Assembly: GCA_051294375.1 (NCBI GenBank)
Contig: CM119263.1
Coordinates: forward strand, 27,692,533-27,756,532
DNA: 64,000 nt
Direction: 5' to 3'
DNA from: Paraspadella gotoi
Taxonomy: Eukaryota; Animalia; Chaetognatha
Shown: piece after piece, positions 46,301 to 59,847 of the stretch
How the letters are laid out: every line of letters starts with the position of its first letter
How positions within the stretch are numbered: the stretch's first letter is position 1
The notes under the pieces: model-generated
What the model was told of the DNA's origin: nothing
What the model saw: only the letters and a program-made list of their open reading frames with translations
Database searches by the model: none
Made by a program: the position numbers and the translations under genes

Positions 46301-49300
46301 NNNNNNNNNNNNNNNNNNNNNNNNNNNNNNNNNNNNNNNNNNNNNNNNNNNNNNNNNNNNNNNNNNNNNNNNNNNNNNNNNNNNNNNNNNNNNNNNNNNN
46401 NNNNNNNNNNNNNNNNNNNNNNNNNNNNNNNNNNNNNNNNNNNNNNNNNNNNNNNNNNNNNNNNNNNNNNNNNNNNNNNNNNNNNNNNNNNNNNNNNNNN
46501 NNNNNNNNNNNNNNNNNNNNNNNNNNNNNNNNNNNNNNNNNNNNNNNNNNNNNNNNNNNNNNNNNNNNNNNNNNNNNNNNNNNNNNNNNNNNNNNNNNNN
46601 NNNNNNNNNNNNNNNNNNNNNNNNNNNNNNNNNNNNNNNNNNNNNNNNNNNNNNNNNNNNNNNNNNNNNNNNNNNNNNNNNNNNNNNNNNNNNNNNNNNN
46701 NNNNNNNNNNNNNNNNNNNNNNNNNNNNNNNNNNNNNNNNNNNNNNNNNNNNNNNNNNNNNNNNNNNNNNNNNNNNNNNNNNNNNNNNNNNNNNNNNNNN
46801 NNNNNNNNNNNNNNNNNNNNNNNNNNNNNNNNNNNNNNNNNNNNNNNNNNNNNNNNNNNNNNNNNNNNNNNNNNNNNNNNNNNNNNNNNNNNNNNNNNNN
46901 NNNNNNNNNNNNNNNNNNNNNNNNNNNNNNNNNNNNNNNNNNNNNNNNNNNNNNNNNNNNTTTCGCCACGTTATTTTTCATTGTGTCATATATATAAATA
47001 ACTGTTCGATATTTCTTTTGTTTAAATATTAGTTGTCAATGTGTTTGTTTCATTTTTTTCGTTGCGTATTGACTCATATATTTTATTTTTAAAAAAAAGT
47101 CGTTGTTTGTAATAAATTAAAGACTTTGTCTTTGTTCTTACTAATATTAGTTATTGTTAATTTTTTTAGCAGCATTTATTTTCTTTAGCAAAGCTTGGGA
47201 TTTCCTCTTCCAAAGCTTCGCGCTTTACTTCTCCTTCCCTCGAGAAAGAACGTGTAAAATGAGAGTTTTTTGAATAATCCATTAATCAGACTTAAAACTT
47301 CGATATTATTATGAAATATCGTTAACGAGACTAAGGAGATTGATGATTGATGAGAACCAAAGAAAGAAACAATTCCTGATAGATAAGTATTTCTTTTTTA
47401 TTCCACTTCAAAATTATAAATCCAGATTTATTTCTTTCTCAGTCCTCTTAAATAATAAATTCCTTTATACATCTAGTTATGCTCAACTTCATACATTCAA
47501 TTATTCCGTATTCATTTACTCTTCAGTTCATGTATTGATTCATTAGGTATTAAATTATTAAGTAAATCATTCAATGACTGATTCAATTAATTATGTGTGA
47601 TAATTGACCGATATATTTATCGATTGGTTCGTTGTTTAGTCCAAGTTAACGNNNNNNNNNNNNNNNNNNNNNNNNNNNNNNNNNNNNNNNNNNNNNNNNN
47701 NNNNNNNNNNNNNNNNNNNNNNNNNNNNNNNNNNNNNNNNNNNNNNNNNNNNNNNNNNNNNNNNNNNNNNNNNNNNNNNNNNNNNNNNNNNNNNNNNNNN
47801 NNNNNNNNNNNNNNNNNNNNNNNNNNNNNNNNNNNNNNNNNNNNNNNNNNNNNNNNNNNNNNNNNNNNNNNNNNNNNNNNNNNNNNNNNNNNNNNNNNNN
47901 NNNNNNNNNNNNNNNNNNNNNNNNNNNNNNNNNNNNNNNNNNNNNNNNNNNNNNNNNNNNNNNNNNNNNNNNNNNNNNNNNNNNNNNNNNNNNNNNNNNN
48001 NNNNNNNNNNNNNNNNNNNNNNNNNNNNNNNNNNNNNNNNNNNNNNNNNNNNNNNNNNNNNNNNNNNNNNNNNNNNNNNNNNNNNNNNNNNNNNNNNNNN
48101 NNNNNNNNNNNNNNNNNNNNNNNNNNNNNNNNNNNNNNNNNNNNNNNNNNNNNNNNNNNNNNNNNNNNNNNNNNNNNNNNNNNNNNNNNNNNNNNNNNNN
48201 NNNNNNNNNNNNNNNNNNNNNNNNNNNNNNNNNNNNNNNNNNNNNNNNNNNNNNNNNNNNNNNNNNNNNNNNNNNNNNNNNNNNNNNNNNNNNNNNNNNN
48301 NNNNNNNNNNNNNNNNNNNNNNNNNNNNNNNNNNNNNNNNNNNNNNNNNNNNNNNNNNNNNNNNNNNNNNNNNNNNNNNNNNNNNNNNNNNNNNNNNNNN
48401 NNNNNNNNNNNNNNNNNNNNNNNNNNNNNNNNNNNNNNNNNNNNNNNNNNNNNNNNNNNNNNNNNNNNNNNNNNNNNNNNNNNNNNNNNNNNNNNNNNNN
48501 NNNNNNNNNNNNNNNNNNNNNNNNNNNNNNNNNNNNNNNNNNNNNNNNNNNNNNNNNNNNNNNNNNNNNNNNNNNNNNNNNNNNNNNNNNNNNNNNNNNN
48601 NNNNNNNTTCACCGAATTAAGAATCTTGAGAGTCTAAACGACGTTCTCAATGACGTCATCCCGTGGCGTAACGACGCGGGGTCGACGTCTTTCGACGCCA
48701 TTTTATTCTCCACGCGACATCTACCGTCGTTTTCGTCGCTTCTCTACGTGGGGCTGGGCCACATTCTCGCGCCACAAACGTTTATTTAGCAACAGCAAAA
48801 ACAACAATTAGGGCAGCGGAAAAAACACTTTATTCTTTATGGTTCTCATTTTCCGCTGGGCAACGATCTGTCACGCTTTTGACACGGCTTTTTGCTACGA
48901 TATTACTCGCTCTTTAAATGAGCTTTCCGTTTAAATCGGTCTCGCTAACATTTTCTCCCGTCTTGCTTCTCTCTGCCACGTTTTCGCGCTATCGTCTACT
49001 CCAGCTCGCCACGCTCTATTACGCTGTGTCACGTTTTGCCACGCTCTGTCGTACACGTGACACATTCCCTAACCTTTGCCACGCACGTGCGGTCGAGTTA
49101 ATCTGTCTCAAAACGAATCTNNNNNNNNNNNNNNNNNNNNNNNNNNNNNNNNNNNNNNNNNNNNNNNNNNNNNNNNNNNNNNNNNNNNNNNNNNNNNNNN
49201 NNNNNNNNNNNNNNNNNNNNNNNNNNNNNNNNNNNNNNNNNNNNNNNNNNNNNNNNNNNNNNNNNNNNNNNNNNNNNNNNNNNNNNNNNNNNNNNNNNNN

Positions 49301-51097
49301 NNNNNNNNNNNNNNNNNNNNNNNNNNNNNNNNNNNNNNNNNNNNNNNNNNNNNNNNNNNNNNNNNNNNNNNNNNNNNNNNNNNNNNTAGAAAGTTCGTGC
49401 GATTTATTAATTAATTAATTATTTCATTCATTCATTCATTTTTTGATTCATTCATTCATTCATTCATTCATTCATTCATTCATTCATTCATTCATTCATT
49501 CATTCATACATTCATTCATTTATTAATAAATTATTATTTCCTCAATTAGTTTATTTTTCAATTGTTATTTAGTTGATGAATTTTTTCGTCAAATCTATAT
49601 TCTTCACATTCAATAAATTTTCGATTCTTAGGCGAATCAACAAAATCATTAAATTAGGATTCCATTTATTTTCGTTTCACTCACCATCATGTGAGTTGAT
49701 TCTTCCCAACCAAGTTTCTCTCTCGAGTTCTTTTCATCAATCACCAAAGTAAACAGATAATCCCAGACCGGAAATACTATTTGCGTTTGGGAGAAAAAAA
49801 GGGGGTAGATCTCTCTCTCTCTCTCTCCCTCCCTCTTTCTCTCTGTCACTCTAATTTTCTTCTTCGGTTATATCTTCCTCCATCTTTATAATTTGCTCTA
49901 TTAACTTTTCTATTAATTTGTTTATCTTCGGTTGTTCCTCGATTAAACTCGTTTTCCTCGTCAGCGATATCCTATTGAAATACAAAAGACTTTTTATATT
50001 CAATTGGTCTGTTAAAAATTAAGACACAAAGTTTTAAATTAGCAGTAGATTTTAATCTTATTTTAATTTTATCTTCAATTTTATCAGATTTTTTAAAAAA
50101 GTAGATATAAAAGTTTAATTTGGAAATTTTATACATTTTAAAGAAAACTTTCAATTTTTTGACTAATATTTTTTAAAAATTACTATTTATATATTATATA
50201 ATTTAATTATTTTATTAGTGATAGGAAATGTCAAAATTTTAGGAGAAATTTCAATAAAAAAACTAAAAAAAAACGATTCAAATAGCTTACAAAAAGTTGT
50301 CTAAACTTATTTTGGCTTTGTTCAATTTTAGGCGCCATTTCGTCTTTTCCTTTAACCTTTGTAATATCACTTATTTCCTTTTTCCTCTTATTTTTCACCA
50401 TCTCTCCAGGAATATGAGAGAACAAAGTAAGACAACATCTCGGGTTATTTTTTTTTATCTCTCCTTTATTTTCCCTTTCCTTTTTCCCTTCTTTTTTCCT
50501 TTTTTCCCTTCTTTTCCGTCTCGATGTATCGCGATTAAAATGTATGGACGCGGAATAAATATCATCCCCATAATCCCGAGATACGTTATCCCTTCTTCGC
50601 GACGTACATCGATTCTCACCTCCCTCTCCTGTTATTTCATCATTCTCCCCCCTCTTTTAAGCACTCGTTCACCTGATTTTCTGGTTTCACTATGTCTCCA
50701 TTCCTCCTTCTGCTCCTTTCTCATCCTACCCGCGAGCATACGCACCGACATGGCCCTCTTGCTTCTTCGGATGCGAGAGCCCCTCTTGGGGATGGATTTG
50801 TAGTTGACCCACGGCGGCGCGTATACGGCACCCGCGATGATCGGGATCAGAGTATCAGCGAGGCGTCAAGAGCAGGACAGCTGAAGGAACGAGGTCGGNN
50901 NNNNNNNNNNNNNNNNNNNNNNNNNNNNNNNNNNNNNNNNNNNNNNNNNNNNNNNNNNNNNNNNNNNNNNNNNNNNNNNNNNNNNNNNNNNNNNNNNNNN
51001 NNNNNNNNNNNNNNNNNNNNNNNNNNNNNNNNNNNNNNNNNNNNNNNNNNNNNNNNNNNNNNNNNNNNNNNNNNNNNNNNNNNNNNNNNNNNNNNNN
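46301..51097. other. Assembly gaps (46301-46960, 47652-48607, 49121-49385, 50899-51097)
   Basis: Runs of N; ORFs spanning them are artefacts. Confidence 1.
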
Positions 51098-51753
51098 GGA
51101 AAAAGAAAAAGGAAGGAGTTAAAAGAAAGGGGAGGAGTAAGAGCGACCCCTGGGGGAAGAGGAAGAGAAAAAAAGAGAAAAAACGTGGCGGGAAAGTTGA
51201 AGATCGGGTTTGGCATCGCGAACCGCGGGATGCCAAGAAATCCCGCCGAGGATGGGACGTTTGAAGAGGGAATTGGGGTTGGAGGGGCAAGAGGAAGGAG
51301 GGAGGAAGGGAGGAGGGGGAAGAGGAAAAAAGATTGATGGGTTAAAGATTGGGGTGGAGATAGGGAGAGGATGAGAGGAGAGGGGGAAGTCAAAAAAGGG
51401 AGAAAGGTAGGAAAGGGTAAGTAAAAGAAAGGTTAGTAAAGAAGGTAAAAAAAGAAAAAAAAGAGAGACTCACACCGCATAAGGCTCATGGGAATTTCGA
51501 CGACGACGATGACGATTATAACGACGATGCAATGATAACGACGAAACCCTGTGCTTTATGAATGGCGACGACGACGAAGCAGGGATCCCGAAGACGACGA
51601 CGACAACGACGACAACGACGACAACGACGACGACGATAAGGTATACCTTCGTCGCGGGACCCCAGCCTTCGTTTCCATATAAAGATCAAGGGAGGAAAAA
51701 ACACAAGTGGAAATATTTTTGCCACAACAATGGAACAATGCATTAAGGGGAGA

Positions 51754-51793
<40 letters not shown>

Positions 51794-53345
51794 CTTCGAT
51801 TCGGTTCCGGAGAGAAGGCCGGAGGAAAATTGACGTTGCAGGTTATGTTCAGAAACGGATGGAAGAAACATTAAGGGGAGGGTGGGAGTTTGGATATCAA
51901 GTAATATAGTTTAAGGGGCTCAAAGGTAGTAGTTAAGTTAATTCAGTTAATAAATAATGCGATACGAATAAATAAAGCGCAGTTTTATGAGTGTTAATTT
52001 TTTTTTAGTTTTCCTAAGCCTCAGCTAAGGCTTGTTACTCAAGCAAGAATGAATAATTATTATAAAAAAAGACTATAATATATACATATTTAAAAAAGAT
52101 ACAATTTTAGAAGTTAAAATTAGGAGAGAACGCTGCCGCTTTAAAACGATATGGTCGAATGGAATAAAAAAAATCGCCGTAAAGAGGGAAAAGGCGGGAT
52201 GGAGTCTTTATGGCTGAATCTCTGGGAGGCTGAGCCTTCCATACGAAACGAGCCAAATGGAATGCGTCGCGAAGAGCAACGAAATCCCCTCGGGGTTGTG
52301 GGGGGGGAAGGAGGGTTAGGGGAAGAGGAAGAGGGGGTTAAAGGTGAGTTAAGGAAGAGTCAACTTGACGGAAGAGGAAGAAGGGTAAGGCAGAAGAAAA
52401 GGAGAGGAAAGGAGAACGAGATAACAGTGCGCTTGACGGGAACGAGGGAGAACGAGAGAAAAGAAAGGTGGGATGGAGCGAGATATAAAACGAAAGCGGT
52501 ACAACAATGGGTAAAAAGAAAATAAAACTTCTCAGGTGAAAAGAAAAGAAAAGAAAAAATAAACGAAGAAAATGAAGAGAAAACCTTCTGGGACTGGGAT
52601 TGATGAGGAGGAAACATATAAGGAGGAAAGAAAAGAAAAGAAACTAAAAAGGAAAGAAGGGATAAGTTTTGGAGCGGGTCTCCCATCGAGTAAAAAAAAT
52701 GATGGATTGGAAAGAGGAAAGAGGAAAGGAAGGGAGGAAAGTGGAGATGGAGGAAGGGAGGAAATTAAACTGGGATGAAAAGAGGAATGAAGAGAATGAG
52801 GAAAGGAGAAAAAAAGAAAGGGAGGAAAAGAGAAAATAAGAGACGTAGGAAGGGAGCAATGAAGAGAGGGAAGGGAAGGAAGAAAGAAAAGAGGGAGGAA
52901 AGGAGGAAAAGAGAGAGGTAGTATCAGAGGTACGAAGAGAGGAAGGAAACGAGGAAAGCAAAGAGGGAGGGATTGTTAAAAGAAGAGAGGAAGGAAAGGA
53001 GGAAAGAATAGAGGGGAGGAAATTAGAAAAGAAGAGAGGGAGCAAAAAGGAGGAAAGAAGAAATGGAGGAACGGATTCCGGAAGTTCCGGAGAAACGGGG
53101 CGGATCGACTCGGGAATTGACGGAGGAAAGGAAAGAAAAATCGATCAACAATCGGATGAGAAATCGGTTCGACGGTAAAACAAGAATAATAAAGAGAAGG
53201 AGAGAAACAATAAGAAAGAAGGAGAAGAAGGAGAAGGGGAAAAAGAGAGAAGAAGAGGAAGAAGAATGAAATAACAATCGGGGGACTGACGAGATGCAGA
53301 TTGGGTCATTGAATAATTAACATTGACGCGGACATCGCGACCCGG

Positions 53346-53389
<44 letters not shown>

Positions 53390-56300
53390 CCATTAAGAGG
53401 ATACTTAGTCACGTGCGACATCGAATTTTCCATGATCTGTCGCCGGAAAAAAACCGGAAAGCTATTGAAGTGATTTATTTTAATTAGTTATTGATTGATT
53501 GATGAATTAGCTGATTGACTAATTGATTTATCGATTGCTTAACTGATTAATTGATTAATTGATGCGAGTATGTATTGATTATGATTTTTTTCGATTATCT
53601 TACAAGGATCTTTGAAACTGGTGAAAAAAAAACTGGCAAAATCGTCTTCTCACTCTCTCTCCTCTCTCCTTCTCTCTTCTTCTCCATCTCTCTCTCTCTA
53701 CTCTCTCTCTCTCTCCATCTCTCTCTCTCTCTCTCTCTCCCACTTCTGTTTGTGTTCTTTCGTTCGCCTTTCGCGACATTTCCGACTCGCTCGTCCAGTC
53801 CTCCGGAAAATTCTTTTCTCGCGCGACTTCGTCGACTTTGTTGTTTTTGTTTTGTCTTTGTTTTTGTTTTTCGGGAGTAAATAAGAGGGAACGCCCCCCC
53901 CACGCCTCCCCCTCCAGAGGGTGGACCTTCGATGCGGATCGAGACGATCCCTTGCGCGCGCATCGAGAGTTGTGTGTGTGCTGGGTTGGGGGGAGTGGGG
54001 GTGGAGTGGGAGATAACGAGACCATCGATCGAAGTTTCATGAGTCACGTGAATAAGAATGAATATAATAAAAATGAATATGAGTTGAAGGCAATTATGAA
54101 TACGATGATGATTGCGTCGATGAATGTGACGATATATGGCATAATGAATTAAACAACGGTTTTGTAGATTACCATGGATTCTAATTCTTTTCATATCAAT
54201 TTCTTCTCGTCTTTAACTTCCAAGAGTGAAAAAAGGCATAAGCGTCTCTCATATATACATTGTATATGTATGTATATGTATTTAATTAACTTTCTCAGGT
54301 TTCACGGGCTGCGTGGGATAATTGAGAAAAAACACGTTTCTGTTTCTCTTTTTCACTGTCAACAGTGGACTCATTCTCTTTTTGGAGTAATATTTTGGAG
54401 CAAAAACATGATTTACATATTGCAGTGTCCAATTATGATTAAATATTTTTTTGTAGAAGCACAAATATGTTAAATACTTTTATTTTGGCGAGTTTTTCTT
54501 ACGCAGAGCCGACAGAAACAACGCAACTTCACTCGTAATTTTTTTTCCAAAGAATAAAATATACATTAATTCTGTTTGTTTATTGCTTAAAACCACCGCA
54601 ATTTTGTTCAATCCAATTTGATCTGGTTATAATAGAGATGAGCTAAGTCATTCTTTATCGTTCAGAGGACCTGACTTTGTGTGAAACGGTTGTTGTCCTT
54701 CGACTTCCGTCGGTCCCGTTTTCGTGCGGCCAAAACTCCTTCAGGTCTTAAACTTAAGTCAACTTAAGTCTGACACTTGAGTCTCACACTCGTGTCTGAA
54801 ACCTGAAACGCTCGGTTTTCTGGCCAGGGCCGCCGACAGGCAACCGCGTTGTCGAAGCCTCCATCCGCTCCACGGGGTCCGAGAAAGACGTCGCTCGCTC
54901 GTCCTCTGGTTAACCTTTTGTCAAAGATTATATTAAAGTTTAGATTTTATAGTAGTAATGGCTAACTTATCGGATTTAAATATGCTCAGTTGTCGCGAAA
55001 TGACCGCGTATTAAACTATTAATTAATCCCGCATCTTGTCAAAACGTCAAATCTCAAACGATGCATCGCTTAACTATTACGAGTAAAATTTCAGATTTGC
55101 AGACATTTGACATCGATTGTGTTCAAACGATGAAAGTGGCTCAATTGCTGAGGGGTCCAGGGAACCGCATTGTTTGGGAGGTCACGTCCTCTTTGTAATC
55201 TTCCTATATTGTCTTAATTATATTTCGATTAAATACTTTTAATACTTTTAACCGTTCCGTTTCACACGATTATCAGATTCACCCACGCACGCGAGTTCAT
55301 TTTCAAATATCCCCCTTGAAATAATTAGTTTCTGGGCAATGTTTTTTATTATATTTACAACAAATTTAGTTTTCTTATTGTTATCTATTTTAATTTGACA
55401 AATTTCATTTTTGTAGCTTATTAATAAGATTGTATTTTATTGTTTTTAAATCACCGTCGACTTTACTTAATAATTTTTCTCTTTCATTAATCACGAAATC
55501 AAGTTTAAAATATCTCTTTCATTCAATTTCGTTAAAATCAAACAATTGTAAAATCCGTTTATCGACGTGTTTTAATGATACAATTTGTTTTCGAATCGAA
55601 AACTTTGTTCATACCGAAGATAGTAACCCTTTTTGGCTCTACTATTGCACGATTTCTTTATACTCTTGCCACGCCCACCAACGCCACCTCATCCACCTCC
55701 CAGCGAACATGTCCTTCAACCTGCTTCGTCTAAGCATCTTTTAAAAAACAATTACGTAAATATTAATGTTGCATTTTCCACTCGACATAACAAACTTTAT
55801 TTTTTTAATAATGAAATCAGTAGCTTTTTGAGGTTTCCCTTTAAAATTCAGGAAATTGAGTGAAATGAATCACTTCTCCTTGCCTGCGGGATTAAATCTC
55901 CTCTAATCCTAATGAAGGTCATCTCTGTTAAAAATCTGCACTTGATTGATAATGCCCAACCAAGACTATGCGATCTGAACCAAAAAAAAAAAAAAAAAGC
56001 GGAAGAGATAAAATAAAAAGGTTTTACTTGCCAGGAATAATTTTTCTACGACAATAAAGAGAAAAAAGTGTAGTGCCGCGGGTTTTGTCCTTTAATTATT
56101 CACCTCGTGAGTCCGGTCGGGGAAGACGAACGAGAGGGAAGCGGAGGACGTATATAGTCTTGCCCCGAGCCGATGAGAGGAACGACCCAGAGGTTCTTAA
56201 AAGCAGTGTTCGGAAGAAGCGAATCCCGATGGGAGGAAACCAAGTTAGACCGTTGATGGAAAGGGTTAAATGGAAACGGATGGGGGGGGTAGAAGATTTG

Positions 56301-56505
56301 GGGGGGTTGGGGGGTGAGATATGAGTGAGAGAAGATGGAGGGAGAGGGACGGAAAAAAAAACAAAAGACAGCTGAAGAAAAAAAAGGATGGATAGAGAAA
56401 AGGAGAAAAAAAGGTAATAGAAATTTGAAGGTGAAAGGGGAAAAAAGGAAGAGAAAGAATGAAAGATGTAAGAAAGGTGATCCGGGTTGACCGGTAAAGA
56501 AAGTA

Positions 56506-56576
<71 letters not shown>

Positions 56577-59483
56577 AAACGAGGGAATTGAGAAAAAGAA
56601 ATTAGCTTTAAGTCAAACGTATAAAAAAAACCTCGGGACCGGAAATTAACTCAAACAGAAACAAAGAAAGCAGTTAAGAATAAAATCGTGAGAAATTAAA
56701 AGGAGACAAAATGAGCATCGAATTCTAGAGTCGTAAGTCCAGCATTTGTTCATTTTTCTCATACGTTGGAAGTTTAGACTCTTTTTTCAATTGCCGTCTC
56801 AGCAATTGTTGTCAATAGTCAAATGTCTGCTGTCAGCCGATGTTTTTAGTATCAGTAATGAAATGATTTGTCCAACAATTCAGCGCTGGATCACTTTTGC
56901 GTTATTATTCCTGTCTTACATTACGATTATAATGAAAAAAATTAAATGTTTTTACCTAAGTTTAAAAAGAAAATTCGGTTAAGAATTCTATATTATATTC
57001 CGCAATTAAATTATAAAAAAATAATATATTATATGTTCGGTCGTCTGAAACGTGACGCAACTTCCGGATCGCGCGTGACATTTCTGTCGCTTTATCAACT
57101 TCTCTCGGAATCCAGTTTCCCAGGAAAATGCCTTTTTTTTTTCTCAGTTGCCTCGCACGCAGCAAGCACGCCAGCAAGAGGCCAGCAAGAAGGCAAGCAC
57201 GCCTCCGCCAAAGCCAGCACTCTCCTTGCATCTCGCACGATCTCGCACGTGCAATTCTCGTTCCGCGCACGAGTTACGCATGCGACTGCACGCGCCACTC
57301 ACGCGATGCGCAGTGAATTGCGCTCTCGATTCTTATTGGATTTTCACCACCCGAGGCATGCGTCGTTTATTCCCGCGGCCTCAACAGCAGAGTACAACAT
57401 CTGCCATCAATTGGCTAAAATCGCAGTTTCGCGTTTCATTAGACGAGCGGTTGTTCGGCCGAGAGGAATATATATTTGGCCTATAATCTTACGCATGATT
57501 TACGATTTACATTATTCACTGTCAAAATATTGTAAATTAAAACTCCAGTTATTAAGTATTCGTAATGTACATTTCCTTCTACATTTAACCCACAAACAAA
57601 CTAACGGCCAACGAAAGACCCCAGCGCGGCGAACCATAACGAAATGGCACCAGGGTAAACGGTTAATGGCAGAGAAGGGGCTTATGCCGAGCAATGCCGG
57701 GCCAATCACGCGGGCAATGCCGGGCCCAATGCCGGGCCATGCGGGCAATGGGTTTCGTGGCTTCGGGTCGAGAGGCAGTAATTCAGGGGAATTCTTCACA
57801 ACCTCCTTTCCTCATAAATTCGCGTCTCGTTGTCTTGTTTCGCTCGAAATCTCCTTTTTCGGTTTATCATCGTTTTTTTCCGGTTATCTCTGTACTTTTC
57901 CTTTTTCCCGTCGATCAATCATTCTCGCTGTAGCCGAGATTTTGGCGAAAACCCTGCCCCTAATTTAACCTAACATTTAATTTCTTACACACTGCCTTCG
58001 TCTTTTTTTTTTTTCATTATTTTAAGTCTATTTTCTTCCTTCTTTCTTTAATTTCTCCTTTTTATTTTTCCTTTATCTCTTTCCCTTTTCCTTCATGCCT
58101 TACTCCTTTCCTCCCATCTTTCTTAACTTGCCCTTTTTTCTTCTTCTCCTTCTTTCTTTCCTCTCAGCCTCGTCTTCTTTTTCTTCCTTTTTTCCTTATT
58201 TCCTTCCTTATTTCTACCCAGTCTTCATTTTTCCTTCCCCCCCTGTCGACTCCTCCAAACATTGCCGACTCTCGTGACCCCTTAGCCCAAGCCCGAGGGC
58301 CTCGCCTTTCCTAATAGACGCGCGACCCCCTCCCGCCCCACGGGGTACGCCTCGGGGTCGCGCGACCCGTCGGGGCGGGGACAAAGTCGGGGCTGGAATC
58401 TTATTATTATATTCGCGGCGGATTAAAATCGGGAGAGAGAATTGCTGAGGTCGTGAAGGGAGTGAAGGGAGAGAAGGGGAGTGGAAGGGGACAGGGAGAC
58501 GAGGAGTAGAAGGGGGGACTGAGTGAAGGGGGACCAGGGGAAGTGGAAGGGGTGAGAGGGGGGAGTGGAAGGGGGAGAGGGAGAATAACAGGGGGGACGT
58601 GGTGTGAGGGTCCAAAATGTATGCTGAATAAGTGTGGAGAGAAATCGATAAACGATGTAAGACAACGTCGAGGGTTGTTACATTTCTTTTCTTTATTCGC
58701 AGTCGCATTTACGGAAGGTCATCTCGTTAGCTCATTAGCTTAAAGTTATAGGGAGTCCCAAAAACGGTTAGAAAAAAATCTAACTTTGCTATCTGAACTC
58801 TTATCCCAGTGAAATTTATTTCAACTTCCTACCTAACGCATAATGTTTATATATAAACCAATTTTAGTCAATAACCACTTATAGCCCAGGATTGCTTTCT
58901 CTCAAAAGTTAAAACTCACACATAAACTCCCTCAGGCCCGGGTCAAAGTAATTAAAAGTACATTTAAAAAAAGAAAATTTCACATAGTTTTTATATAGTG
59001 TCAAAGTTTTCACTGCTATATGATTAAACAATTCCAATTGAAAGATGCATTCTATAAAAGTAACTCCTCTTCCATTACGAAATCAAGCATTACTTGAATT
59101 GTTTTAATTTAGGTCTCGAGATATAAGCTTGAAAAGATTTTCTGCTAATGACTGTAAAGAAAACGTAAAGTTATCCAGTAAAATATTAAAATATTCTCTG
59201 TCTTTTACATAAACTAAAACTCATAATCTGAAAAGATCTTTAAAAAATGTTTTGAAAAATCTTTCTTTTATGTTGTTAAGTCACCAATATATCAGAAAAA
59301 AATATTTATCTGACACTAGTTAAGTAAAAAAAATTGCTGTTTGAAATTGTGTTGGAGCGGAATTTCGCATCAACGGACATTTAAAAAGTTATTGATAACA
59401 TCATTAGCATACCCAACAGTTGCAGAAGGTAATTGGAATAAATAAAAGAAAGTCTTTCCTATTTATTTAATTTATGTTTATTA

Positions 59484-59847
59484 ATTAGAAGAATGGTTGA
59501 AAAAATTTATTCAAATAAGACGATTTTATATTTCAGAGAAAAACGTACAATGTTTCGGCTTTTGTTCAAGCCTTCATCAGCGTTAATTCTGATATGTGAT
59601 AAAGTTAAAGCAAATCTGTGCAAAAGAAGGAGGGAAAGAGAGAGAGGGCAAAAATATTGATGAACAGAACAGTGGTCAAATGGTGAGGAGAGGCTAAAAG
59701 GTGAGCGACAGATTGATTAGTTTTGAAAAGAAGTGAAAATGGTAAAGACAAATCAAATTAACGCTGATGAAGGCTGACAAAGCCATGTCCGTTTTTCTCT
59801 AAAAAATAAATCAGTGTTGGAAATAATTTTCAAACATCTTCTAATTC
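59484..59847. repeat. Inverted repeat pair carrying hammerhead motifs (Penelope pseudo-LTR-like remnant)
   Basis: Arms at about 59484-59588 and 59756-59847 are diverged reverse complements, including the exact 20-mer AGCCTTCATCAGCGTTAATT / AATTAACGCTGATGAAGGCT. Confidence 0.8.
59542..59584 (-). ncRNA. Minimal type I hammerhead ribozyme (Penelope-like)
   Basis: The minus strand reads AACG-CUGAUGA-A-GGCU-UGAACAAA-AGCC-GAAAC-AUU-GUA-CGUU. This gives both core boxes, stems I and II, a very short stem III and a GUA cleavage triplet. Confidence 0.8.

Noticed and set aside
50730-50898. Minus-strand exon reading LIPIIAGAVYAPPWVNYKSIPKRG
   Set aside because: There is an in-frame stop just after the apparent acceptor and it abuts an N-gap, so it cannot be supported.
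45758-51393. Long ORFs of 110-424 aa
   Set aside because: They run through N-gaps and (CT)n tracts and are artefacts.
56946-57968. 340-aa ORF as a protein-coding gene
   Set aside because: Compositionally mosaic with no motif; likely a chance open frame.
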